Source of the DNA: Octopus bimaculoides
Lineage: Eukaryota
Reading direction: 5' to 3'
DNA: 34,209 nucleotides
NCBI RefSeq assembly: GCF_001194135.2
Contig: NC_068987.1
Span: 38,200,417 to 38,234,625, forward strand
Made by a program: the position numbers and the translations under genes. Below, in pieces: positions 1 to 10,209 of this stretch. The notes below the pieces were generated by a model, which saw only the letters and a program-made list of their open reading frames with translations, searched no databases and had not been told where the DNA came from. Position 1 is the first letter of the stretch. Each line of letters starts with the position of its first letter.

Positions 1-106
1 TCTATATTAAAATATGCTTTAAGTTTAGCATTCTGCCTTATTATTATTTTTCATTTTCCTATTATTTCTCCACGTGCGGTTAACACAACACCACTATTTA
101 CTGACT

Positions 107-150
<44 letters not shown>

Positions 151-165
151 CTATATATATATATT

Positions 166-310
166 TGTGTGTTTTTCTGCATTTGTCCCCCACCATCTCT
201 TAAAAACTGGTGTTGGTGTGTCTACATGCCCACAACTTAGTGGTTTGACTAAAAGCACTTCAAGGTGGTGCCCCAGCATGGCCACAGTCAAGTGACTGAA
301 ATAAGTAAAA
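166..310 (+). mobile_element. SINE 3' segment, octopus-type, following a (TA)n tract
   Basis: Ends CCCCAGCATGGCCACAGTCAAGTGACTGAAATAAGTAAAA. The same tail recurs at about 11090-11150 (CTCCAGTATGGCCACAGTCAAATGACTGAAACAAGTAAAAG). Confidence 0.8.
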
Positions 311-390
311 AAGTGTTCAGTTTGTTTTGTATTGCATGAAGGAATCATTTCTGTCGAAGACTGAACTATTGATTTGTCTTAAAATGTTTA

Positions 391-729
391 TTAATTTACT
401 AATTGATGGTTTGGTATGGAGGAATGGGCCAGAGCCACACTTTTCACAGACTTTCCAAGACAACTGACATTAATATAGTTAATGTTTCTCTTTAACATCT
501 TTAAGATAATGGCTGCCAGAAGAACATTGGCAGAGAGAGACAATTTCTGGTGAGTAATGTTATGAATAGGAAGGACAGTCTGGGTATTTTTGATTAGTGT
601 AGAGCTTTGGGGTGGAGGGGGACACAGTATGAGTGGTAAAGAAGAAGGAAAACAAGTGAATCTGTTGTAAGTAAAGTCTGAATGCATAAAATGACTCCCT
701 GTCTGAAGAATATAAGACTGTGTATACAT
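391..729 (-). mobile_element. Possible degenerate Penelope-like element fragment (region after the RT core)
   Basis: The 112-aa ORF contains ...THQKLSLSANVLL...LAHSSIP, loosely like the recalled TYHP..L..(R/K)NI..LVHSSLP of Penelope-like elements. Similarity is weak. Confidence 0.25.
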
Positions 730-1040
730 GACACTTTCTAAGACTTGTCTATTAAAGCTGCTCTGAGAAGAGTGGAATTTTTCTAAGAAACTAACTTCAA
801 TTCACATTGCATAGCTCATCTCAGGGCTGCTAAAAATGTTTGAAACTTGAAAAATATGACATTAAACTACTATTAGAAATCTCCAAAGCTCTTTATCCTT
901 TTCCTAAATGGAAGTAGTTAGAAATTCTGTTATGCAGACAATGGAAACAGGAACTGAACAATAAAATGTAGCAATATTTCATATATGCCAGAAATATATC
1001 AACACTATGAATTAACTAATGTAAATGAGGGCACCTTTTT

Positions 1041-1215
1041 GTGGTCACTAGACCTGCTAGAAATAGCAAACATATTCATCAAACCTCACCTATTGTCTTA
1101 TGAAATGAAGCATATATTGGATTATGTGGTGCCTGGTATATAAAATGTTTGGGTGGCCATGGTTGGAGCATTTTTGATAGTATGCTCAATCACGACTGAC
1201 CTGGGACTTTAATGC
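1041..1215 (+). mobile_element. SINE tail fragment
   Basis: GGTCACTAGACCTGCTAGAAATAGC...GGTGGCCATGGTTGGAGCATTTTTGATAG...GACTGACCTGGG. Related to the minus-strand copy at 16490-16660. Confidence 0.55.
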
Positions 1216-1599
1216 TACTGCTACCAAGTATAATTGGAAGAAGGGGTTGGATGGAAGCTAAAAGATGTTGGTTAACATTAGAAATATCTTTTTAAATAGG
1301 TTAGTAAATAGAGCTAAATTTAGAGTATAATCATGTTTATGATGTTTTGTCTTTGATTATAGAACAATGCTTCTCAATCCTTTACCATCACAACACATGT
1401 TGGCAATCAAACTCCAAGACTATTTTTTCTTAATATTCCAGTGGTACACGTTATTTCTTAGAAAAAATATGTAGCTCAGTTTTTTATTTGCAGTGAATGT
1501 TGTTTGTGTCCTTTATTATGTCAATGGTTTATTATATCACATATGAACATTTAAAATTATATCAAATATTTTAAAAGTAAAAGATTTTATCTTTTATAA

Positions 1600-1960
1600 T
1601 CAAATCAGAATTATATTGCAACCTAATTAGGGTCTTGTCCCATAGATTAGGAAATGCAGGAGTTAACCAGTTTTTATAAAGATCTTTTCTGCTTATACTA
1701 GGAAATCTATTTGTAGATTCTTTATAATCTGTTGATGATCAGGAATGGCATAAGTCACAACATAGAACCAGAAGAGAATATAAGATCTGCGATATTGGTC
1801 TCAGAGTCCCTGGTAAAGGTCATAAGTACTGCTCTCCATCCTATAACAAAGTCATGCAACCTCAATTGTTCATGTTTCCTTTTATTCTATTCAGTGGTTA
1901 TAAATAGAAATGTGTTGCTCCCAGTGACTGCATAAAAGATGCAGTTTCATTTCCGTTTGG
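1600..1960 (-). mobile_element. Probable highly degraded CR1/L2-group LINE reverse transcriptase relic
   Basis: With frameshifts the minus strand gives IKGNMNN*/LHDFVIGWRAV (1826-1886; cf. GI.G.LL.WI.DFL.GR.Q.V), then GSML*LMPFLIINRL (cf. GSVLGPLLFLIYINDL). Confidence 0.4.
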
Positions 1961-2123
1961 CTAAGTTTTTACACAAAGCTTTCCAATTGCTCTGACATGA
2001 GAAACAATTAAACCAGTTGTATATGTAATAATCATGAGCTGCAGTGAGGTGGCACTAAAAATAGTAGACAAATGTTGTTATCTAGTAAAGTTGAGAATTA
2101 TCAGTATCAAGTGTTGTTTCCAG

Positions 2124-2175
2124 GAGAATGAACTGAGATTACATGTGATGAGAATGGGTTGTTATGATTGGCCAG
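2124..2175 (+). CDS. Candidate internal coding exon A (ENELRLHVMRMGCYDWP+G), product unknown
   Basis: Acceptor GTGTTGTTTCCAG, donor CAG|GTGAGT. 52 nt, only one open frame, phase 0 to 1. No homology recognised. It may overlap an antisense LINE relic. Confidence 0.25.
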
Positions 2176-2579
2176 GTGAGTGGTTGGAACAAAGAGAAAG
2201 ATGAATTAATATAAATGCTGTCAGGTCACTGGACAAATGTATGGAATCTATAAAATAATTATTTCAAACATGGTATTTTATTTTAAAAATGTTTATTTGT
2301 TTTATTGCTGCAATTAGACTACTTTCAGTTGGTTTGAGAGAATTCTTTGAAATTAAAACAGAAGCAGTAATATTTCTTGCAATAAAATTAATGATGGCTA
2401 TTGGCATATGAAACATTCTTACATAGCTGGATATTCAGTAGGTTAAAATACTTCAGTGGCTAAAATATAAAACAATTACCTAAATGAATACAAGTTCAAA
2501 TTGTCTGTGAATATTTTGCTGTGTCTCTGGGAAGTAGATTTCCTCTCCATGCCTACCCCATGTCTTAGTTGATCTCTAG

Positions 2580-2627
2580 ATATTAGGAGCAGGTATCCCA
2601 CTTTCAAAGGATACCTACTCCTAATAT
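2580..2627. repeat. Inverted repeat: 19-bp stem with 1 mismatch and a 10-nt loop
   Basis: ATATTAGGAGCAGGTATCC-CACTTTCAAA-GGATACCTACTCCTAATAT. Confidence 0.9.
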
Positions 2628-3049
2628 TCAGGATGGACTGTTTCATCTATTCTGTTTTGTGTTTGTTATTCTAAAATCTGGTAGTAATAGTTAGACACAG
2701 CTGAGGTGGTCTTATAATACTGAAACATGTCCAGAATTGTCATTATTTTACTAAAGAGCAAATTCAGTTCTACTTTTTAATCATTTAAATTCCAGTGTTT
2801 TCTCCCCTTTATTTCCTTGCTTGAATTATTCATTAAAATATTATTTTTCCTCATTGCACTTGAAATGCGGTTTAATTAAACTTTGTTGGTTAATTACATT
2901 ATGTTACTGTCCACTTTAACATTCTAACAACAATACACTGCATGTTTATCAAATATATTTGAAAGTATGTAAGAATTAGAAAAGCTTCAGTAAAGTAATT
3001 ATAATTATATTTGATTTATTGTTGTAGTAAGCTTGTATTATTATAAGTA

Positions 3050-3760
3050 CTAGCAAATCTACCCCTCTACGATGGAGGCATAAAATGAGGGAAGGAAGTC
3101 ATAACAGCAGTCTGTATTGAGAAATGTGTAAATGGACTTGATAGATTACTCAGTGATGTCTTAGAGAAATCGCATTATTGTTGGTGATGCAGCTATTGCA
3201 GCTATATGACATGTTTGTGACTAAGTGACATGTGATGATGATTCACTCCCAGACTAAAATAGGTTCCCAGCCTCTGTACCATGAATGGTTATGTGGACCA
3301 CTCCTAACAAATGCTAGAGCTTCCTTCTACCACTACATGTTACTAATCTATTTAAAAAATGTTATATAGATATACTTTTATTTTAATTGTTTACACTGTT
3401 GTATGCTTGTTTATACTCTTATACATTCAAAGTTCCCAAACCTCCTTATTTAAATTATGAATCATATTCTTTTCAATAATATCAATATGATCACAAAACT
3501 TCTTTCTTGATATTTTCTGTTTGGTCAATACTAATTTTCAAATTAGTGGAGTCCATTGCTCTACTCGTAGTGACATAAAACTGGCTATGTGTAAACATCA
3601 GAGTGGGTAAAAATACACCTACACAATCAAAGGTCTGGCCCTGTGCCTTGTTTGCTGTGAATGCATGAGCAGAATCTTTTGGGTGGAAAAAAATCAAACT
3701 AAGACTTACCTCTCATTGTGTGCGAATAATGTCTGGATGTTTTGGGTCCATAGGTTATTT
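3050..3760 (-). mobile_element. Helitron 3' relic: PIF1-like helicase C-terminus plus 3' terminus
   Basis: ORF 3491-3697 reads AFTANKAQGQTFDCVGVFL...FTHSQFYVTTSRA...ENIKKEVL* (cf. AMTINKSQGQT..VG..L..FSHGQLYVA.SR...VYKEVL). Downstream on the same strand are an imperfect hairpin (3064-3078) and CTAG|T at 3053-3049. Confidence 0.85.
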
Positions 3761-4009
3761 TGATTGATAAAACTGAGATGTTTTGCAGTGAAAGTGATTA
3801 AGTATGCAAATCATTTCAGATCTCACTGTACACAGTGCAAATAATGATCTTTTATCAGTTGGCAGATATAAGTACTGATCAACAAACAATTTTATTTGCT
3901 GAAATTATAAACAATGTCAGTTTATTTTGGCTTAAAGGTTCAGGTACTTCCAGCTGACAAGACACAATATATCAAAGCACCATGTTGCAGAATCCCTTGT
4001 ACTAATAAC

Positions 4010-4800
4010 CCATGTGTATTATGAACACTATTGTTGTAAAAAGAAATTGGGGATGAAATATGTGGAAGGGAGAGACTCAGGAAGACATGAGATAAAGTAG
4101 TAAGCACTGACAAAGGACTGTGATGATTAATTTACTGTGCTAAAACCTGCCCATCATGGAAAAAATTAGATCCTGAGAACATTTTATTTATACCTGTACA
4201 TGCTGGTTTCTAACCCTACACTCTTCCTAACACACTTCCTTCTATCACTTTTCTCAGCTACCAATTGTCTCCTTCTTCCCTGAAACTACTTCATATTAAC
4301 AGCCATCCCTCATTCTCATTATCATCCCTTCCTACACAATTACCCCTTTTTGTGCTTTCATTTATTTCTCATTCCCCTGAGAGCTACTATACCTCATCTT
4401 TAACACTATTCATATTCACTATCATTTTCTCATATCTGCCACCAATGCAAAGCCAATCATTGTTGCCCTGTTCACTACATCCACCCTTATGTACCTCTGA
4501 CCCTCATTTCTGTCATTGTGTATCACTTTGCTCATAAATCCTCCTATTGTTTCATATATCCTTCCTGAACTACTACCCCCAACTCTAACCATCTGCTACC
4601 TTCCTCTGACATATGAAACTAACCCCCTCCCTTGGGCCGCTCTCTACATTCTCTTTATATTCGCCTTCTTGTATCTTGAGATGCTCTGGCAGCTTGTCAC
4701 CACCATTTCTGTATTCTTTCCAGCTGCACCCACTCACCCTTATATAATGTGAGGTAGCCATAAATCCCCTCTACAACATGACACCTGTGCTTGTCCCTCC
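4010..4800 (+). mobile_element. RTE-clade LINE 3' end with long pyrimidine-rich tail
   Basis: GDEICGRERLRKT*DKVV at about 4049-4105 (cf. EG.CGRGRPRKTWDEVV), followed by a C/T-rich tract to about 4800. The tail family is unresolved. Confidence 0.55.
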
Positions 4801-4930
4801 ATCATACATTAGCCTCCCAACACATGGCATAAAACCACCACCTTGTCTTTTGGATACATCCTACTCTCAGTCAAGGGGACTTTTTTCTTCTCTTGCAATA
4901 ACTCAGGAATCTCACTAGTGCTGATGGCCT

Positions 4931-5012
4931 GAAAAAGGCATCCAGCACAGACACTGTAAAGTGGTTGGCAATTGGAAAGGTATTCAGCTATAGAAACTCT
5001 GCCAAAGCTGAC
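4931..5012 (+). mobile_element. RTE-tail-type SINE/LINE 3' UTR fragment
   Basis: GTAAAGTGGTTGGCAATTGGAAAGGTATTCAGCTATAGAAACTCTGCCAAA, the same motif as at 14378-14545 and 30850-31075. Confidence 0.7.
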
Positions 5013-5029
5013 AGTCCTGCAGTTCAGAG

Positions 5030-5700
5030 GTTTATAAGAGTGAATATGAGGGAAGTGAGTGATGAAAATAGGTGAGGATGGGGTTGATTGCTGATATAAA
5101 ATAGTGTTCAGTAATAGTATTGTTTGATATTGAGAATGTGAGGTGGATGACATTGGGAATTGGCTCCAAAGAGAGATAACTAGTAGCACAAAAGTGTTTG
5201 GGATGAAATATGTGCATCTCTGCTCCCCTATCATTATAATGAACAGCAGCTTAGGTAGTGCTGTAATTAGGAGAGTGATGGAGGAATTGAGAAGATGGGT
5301 TGTGGGGACATAGTCGAAACAATTGTCTTTTAGGACTTCATTTTTTTGAGATGGATGACACTTCTTGAGCAAAGAGAATCAGCAACCATCTCATTTTTAT
5401 TCTGCTGATGTTCTACAACCCGAGGTTGGTTTTCACTACTTTGTCCCACATCTTCAAGGGTCTCCTTCTTCCACAAGCTTCATCCACTTTAAGTGATTGT
5501 TACTTTTCATTATGCAGCTGTCCTCATCTATATACATCATATAACCATACCAGTGCAGTCTTCTCTCTTGCACATTACTTACATCTGATGCTTCTTATAC
5601 CCAATTTTTTTTATAATCAGGACCATTGCATGACTTTTAGAGGCTCCCTGCAACTTTTTGGTTTGAGGCCCCATCTCTTCAATCAAAATTCATACTCTAT
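5030..5700 (-). mobile_element. RTE-clade LINE 3' end with pyrimidine-rich tail
   Basis: Minus strand reads LGIRSIRCNVQERRLHWYGYMMYIDEDSC...CGRRRPLKMWDKVVK (about 5430-5610), a typical RTE ORF2 C-terminus. Confidence 0.85.
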
Positions 5701-5855
5701 GCACCTTTATTATCTGCAAAAAGCAAACATAGTCTCTTACAACTTGTATTTTAGAATCATCACAGCAGACTCTGCTGTGATGATTCTAAAATACAACACA
5801 AAAAAAAACAAAAAACAATGGTATATCTTTTTTCTACCCTTCTGTACATAGATAG

Positions 5856-5895
5856 ATGCACACACATAGATACACACACACACACACACACAAAC

Positions 5896-5957
<62 letters not shown>

Positions 5958-5959
5958 AT
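5856..5959. repeat. Abutting (CA)n and (TG)n microsatellites forming a fold-back
   Basis: ATGCACACAC...(CA)n-AACTTC-(TG)n...GTGTGTGCAT. Confidence 0.9.
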
Positions 5960-5980
5960 TCACATGTGCATGCCTTGTTT

Positions 5981-6082
5981 TTGGTACAGAAAGAATTTTG
6001 TCTCCAGTTTTTATTGCCTTAGGAGGNNNNNNNNNNTTGGTACAGAAAGAATTTTGTCTCCAGTTTTTATTGCCTTAGGAGG
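5981..6082. other. 46-bp exact direct duplication across a 10-N gap, likely an assembly overlap artefact
   Basis: 5981-6026 equals 6037-6082, with N at 6027-6036. Confidence 0.85.
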
Positions 6083-6239
6083 TCAAAGTGACCAGCTTTT
6101 CAAGGTCAAATAACAACACCCAAAATAAATATATATATATATATATATATGGGGGGGGGGAGCGAAATGGATAGAGGAATAGGGAGAGACTAAGAGAGAC
6201 GTGCGTGTGTTTGGTACATGTCTCTTTCACTCTCTCTGA

Positions 6240-6300
6240 GCTGGCCAAAGCCTTGTGAATGAACTTTGTAGACCGAAACAGATAAAAGCCAGACGTATAT
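6240..6300 (+). mobile_element. CORE-type SINE 3' fragment
   Basis: GGCCAAAGCCTTGTGAATGAACTTTGTAGACCGAAAC matches the 34030-34188 copy (GGCCAAAGCCTTGTGAGTGGATTTGGTAGACGGAAAC). Confidence 0.7.
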
Positions 6301-6599
6301 ATGTGTGTGTATGTATGTATGAATGTGTGTACATATGCCTCTGTGTGTGTGTTTGTATGTATGTTTAAGTATACAACCCCCACCTTTCATCATCATCACT
6401 TCTTGTCTTTTCTCTTGAAGTTGTTCTTATTTTCATTGTTTTGGATTTCTTTTGTTTTTCTTTTATCTCCCTAGGGAATTCATCGAAAAGCTTTTTTCAT
6501 TTCTTTTAAAGTTCTTTATGGTACACCCTCGTATTTTTTCGTCTGACTTGAAATTTTCAGTTAACATCTTAACCAAAGTAGATAGAAGGCTCATATATG

Positions 6600-6680
6600 T
6601 AGTTTGATCTTAACATGGGGCCCCTGAACTGCGGAGGCCCCTGTAGCCACAGGGGTTGCAGGGGCTTAGCGACAGCCCTG
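6600..6680. mobile_element. GC-rich end of a probable non-autonomous DNA transposon (hAT-like), no partner end found
   Basis: GGGGCCCC palindrome, CCCCTGT-AGCC-ACAGGGG hairpin (6638-6655) and terminus ...TTAGCGACAGCCCTG in an AT-rich background. Confidence 0.4.
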
Positions 6681-6859
6681 CTTATAATATATTTGTACTT
6701 TGTTGTACATGCACACTGATGTTACACATCCAGCATATCATGCTAGCTTCATTTCTTTCTAGTTTTCAGAAACTCACATCATGCAGTCTGCCTTTCACTC
6801 TGAAGAAAAAGGCCTTTTATTAAAAACAGAAGTAATAGTTCTCTGAACTTCCTTTTCTA

Positions 6860-7737
6860 TAGGGTCATCTTATAAATAATCTGGTTTTTTCAATTGCATG
6901 AACTAAAAGTCGGAGGGGGATGGGATAAACTACCTGCATCAACTTGGTATACAAGCAGGTAGTAATTTTACCTTGTACTTATTCTTGGTGCAGGTTTTGA
7001 AAAGTGCAGTTCAATTTTAACAGTTATTTTTTCAAAGCTATAATGGAAGTGACAAAGAAGTATATTCAGCATATTTTGCATTACAAGTTTAATAAAGGCA
7101 ACAACACAACGGAAAGTGCAAGGAATATTAATACAGTATATGGGGATTGGACAATAAGTGTAAGCTAGTGTTAACGGTGGTTCCAGAAATTCCGAACCAG
7201 AAGCTACAGCCTAGAAGACAAGCCACATCTTGGAAGATCTGTAGAGCTCGATGAGGACTTCCTGCAAACCCTGATGGAACAAAATCCCAAGTATTGAGGA
7301 ACCAGCAGAGAAGCTTGGATTTGGTCATTCAACCATTCATTGACACCTGCATCCATCGGAAGAGTCAGCAATTTGGGTTTCACAAACTCTCCAAGTCTAA
7401 TCAGGCACAGTGAGTGAGTGTGTACTCTTCTTTGCTGTCACATCTCACAAATGAACCTTTTTTGGTGACGAGAAATGGGTTCTCTATAAGAGTGTCAAGT
7501 GCCAAAGACACTAGTAGGCTAAAGAAGATGTTATCTGTTTGATGGATTATAAAAGGTTTAATCCACTTTGAACTTTTAAACCCAAACCAAACGATAACAA
7601 AGGAGATCTACTGTGAGCAGCTTGAGTGACTTTGGTCAGCACTAAAAGAAAAATGACCATTTTTGGTTTCAAGGTGAAAAATGTTCTCCATCAGAATAAT
7701 GCTCAGCCACATACAGTGAGGATGACATTCCAAAGGT
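6860..7737 (+). mobile_element. Mariner transposon relic, 3'-truncated and frameshifted
   Basis: TA at 6858-6859, then ATG at 7043 reading MEVTKKYIQHILHYKFNKGNNTTESARNINTVYG (HTH region). First catalytic motif GDEKW at 7464-7478. Second motif degraded to HQNNAQPH at about 7689-7712. Confidence 0.92.
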
Positions 7738-7987
7738 ACATATGCACATATACTTGTGCATAAGTATACATGCACTCATATAGATGCACAAACATGGATA
7801 TGTACTTGTGTGTATATGTGCAGCTATGTGCATATATTTATACATGTGCTTATACATATATGTGTATATATGTATGTGTCATTGCAGATTTGTTCATATG
7901 TATCTACATACATATGTGGGTATAAATGTGTGTGTGTGTGTATTTTTATGTGTATATGTGTGTGTATATATATGTGCACATATATAA
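7736..7987. repeat. About 250-bp compound AT/GT/AC purine-pyrimidine tract
   Basis: Degenerate (TA), (TG) and (CA) runs at the point where the mariner is truncated. Confidence 0.85.
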
Positions 7988-8254
7988 ACATTTTTTAAAT
8001 TTTCATTTACTTCTATTTTATCTATTATTCCATCACTTTTCTCATTCTCTTTTTCTTTTTTTTTTGTAAGGCCATTAGATTTCCAGCAATGAGTTAAACA
8101 TTTGTTTACTACAATCATAGCCCCCATACCTACCAACACTAACACATTCTCCAAATACAGACTTTTACATCTTACAGATTGTGCTCTTTAATTTTTTTAT
8201 TGTATCTGTCAAAAACTAAATTTATATATTTATTTATTTATTTATCATTTCTAG

Positions 8255-8297
8255 GCTACCAGACTGATGATTCTCCAAGTAATAGCTCCTGTGAAAG
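8255..8297 (+). CDS. Candidate internal coding exon B (GYQTDDSPSNSSCE+R/S), product unknown
   Basis: Acceptor TTTATTTATCATTTCTAG, donor AAG|GTTAGT. 43 nt, phase 1 to 2. Unique-looking sequence between repeats. Confidence 0.4.
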
Positions 8298-8304
8298 GTT
8301 AGTT

Positions 8305-8341
8305 ACACACATACACACATACACACATGCACACACGCACA

Positions 8342-8427
<86 letters not shown>

Positions 8428-8430
8428 TAC
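8305..8430. repeat. (CA)n microsatellite
   Basis: Long imperfect CA run. Confidence 0.95.
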
Positions 8431-9396
8431 ACAAGATGTTATATTTAAAACTTGTTTCTTCATATAAAAAAATGTTTGTTTTTTAATTTTGGATCAGTTT
8501 TCCTTCCTATTAGTATCTTATTAGCAGTTTTGTATTTTGCTTTCTTTTCATCTTTTCATTTCCAAATATTTACCAAATCTTGTTGCAAAAATCTAGGCAG
8601 ACGTCTATAATGTATTTACAACTTCATCAGATAGGACAAGGATAGTAACTAGTAAAGAAATTCACATTAGTCTGGTGTCAGTTAATCATGTCTTGTAGTT
8701 GTCATAGTGCTAGTTCAGCTATTATTGATTGTATGTATGACTATCAGCTGATAAAATAACTTGTGTCCCACAGATCTCTGTCGTTCAGTTATACCATGTT
8801 ACCTCCTAGCTGACAACCATACTACTTAATCTGTTATAATGTGGTTAAATATGTTAAGTAGGTTTAGTGTGACAATTTCTGCTAGCTAGTCCATTCCTGT
8901 ATGTTTACAGCTCTGATTGAGGAAGCTTGTTATGAAATGCATTCCACTCATAACCATTCTTTTTTTTTTTAAGCTTCTTGAATTACATTGTCCAATGTGA
9001 TTTTTATTTTTTAAGGCAGTGGCATGTAATTTTACTGAGAGTTGGCTACAATTTCTCATCCAGACACCTATAGATTCTAGTGTTGGCCATATCAGATGTG
9101 GCCAAGATAAACTCTATCTGGGCATGACATTTGCTATTCCTTTGCCCTTACCATTGTCTTATAATAGATGAATATGCTAATGTTAGATTTGTTTTTTCTT
9201 CAGCTTCAATTATTTCTGTTGTCAGTGGAGTTCTGTATAATTATCTAGTGCTTTAATAAGTAGCTTGCAATTGTTCAGATGGCTGAGATTTTTAAGATAG
9301 CTAAAAGTGATACTGTTCATATTCTATCACCAGCAATATGTATCCAAGAGGAAAGCCCTATCAGTTTAACAGTGAAAATGAGTAATATGGTGAGTG

Positions 9397-9843
9397 ATAT
9401 ATCTCACTATTGTATACAACAACACTGTATTTAACAAAGTAGGTCCTGGGGTGTCATATAATTTACTGTTACATATACAATTCTCTCAACTTAACAAAAT
9501 TGGGTACTGTTGTGTAACTCACTGTTGTATATAACAGATACTACTACTTCTGCTACTTTAGACTTAACAAAGTGAGTACTGTAATGTGGTGTGGTGTGGT
9601 ATGACTCAAACCTGTATGCAACAACACTACTTTAAAGTGGATTCTGTGGTGTGGTGTAGTGTAACTCTCCATTGTATACAACAGCAAATACTGCATTAGA
9701 TAGTGCTACTTATGATTTTGTGTAGTGTGGTAAAACTCACTATTGTATGCAATGACACTTTAAACTTGACAAAGTGGGTACTTTGGTGTAGTTTGGTATA
9801 ACTCACCATTGTATACAATAACTCTATTTTAGAGTTAACAAAT
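9397..9843. repeat. Degenerate tandem array of 7 units, 56-87 bp each
   Basis: Core TAACTCACTATTGTATACAAC-like motifs at about 9400, 9459, 9515, 9602, 9662, 9733 and 9799. A second motif ACTTAACAAAGTGGGTACTGTGGTGTG recurs between most cores. Confidence 0.9.
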
Positions 9844-9991
9844 CATTTGTTATGCAATGCTGAGTTTCTTCCCTCCTGTACATAAAGATTCAATCTCTCT
9901 TTAGGTTAATGTTATACAAAATATGCTCCAAGCTTCCAAATCATTATAGTTTGAAAAAAGAATTAGCTAAGAGTAAGTATATAATCTTTAG

Positions 9992-10209
9992 CCCTTTGGC
10001 ATTTAAAACAGCCATATCTGACTCAAATATTCTACCTGTTTTGTGTTCAAACTGGCTAGATCTGATTTCTCACATCTCCCCTACAATGTCATTCTAAAAC
10101 CAAACAATCACATCACCAAATTTCAAAGCTATGAGATAATGCATGATTAATTCAAAACAGTGTGAATAAATAAGCATTATTTTAACAGAGTAATTTGAAT
10201 GTTAAAGGG
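9992..10209. mobile_element. piggyBac-like MITE, 218 bp
   Basis: Left end TTAG|CCCTTTGGCATTT, right end GAATGTTAAAGGG|TTAA. CCCTTT/AAAGGG termini with a TTAA-type target site (left copy mutated). Confidence 0.85.

Noticed and set aside
1717-1812. Exon-like ORF ILYNLLMIRNGISHNIEPEENIRSAILVSESL, in phase with candidate exon A
   Set aside because: The acceptor has competing upstream AGs, and the opposite strand reads as a degraded CR1/L2-type RT. More likely an antisense LINE frame.
4809-5372. Longest gap-free ORF (187 aa)
   Set aside because: It runs through an RTE tail and an antisense RTE-tail SINE fragment, has low-complexity S/T/L/I composition and no domain.
5981-6082. 46-bp direct repeat as a TSD or biological duplication
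   Set aside because: Exact copies abut a 10-N gap, the usual sign of unmerged overlapping contigs.
6770-6831. Exon candidate (E)THIMQSAFHSEEKGLLLKTE
   Set aside because: Good acceptor but modest donor. Its phase (1 to 0) is not compatible with exon B, and the 3' part resembles a Penelope-like terminal motif.
6863-6958. AG...GT-bounded exon-like segment
   Set aside because: All three frames have stops, and it is the 5' end of the mariner.
9397-9843. CRISPR array
   Set aside because: Linkers are homologous to each other, the repeats are degenerate, there are no cas genes, and the context is eukaryotic. Kept as a tandem array.
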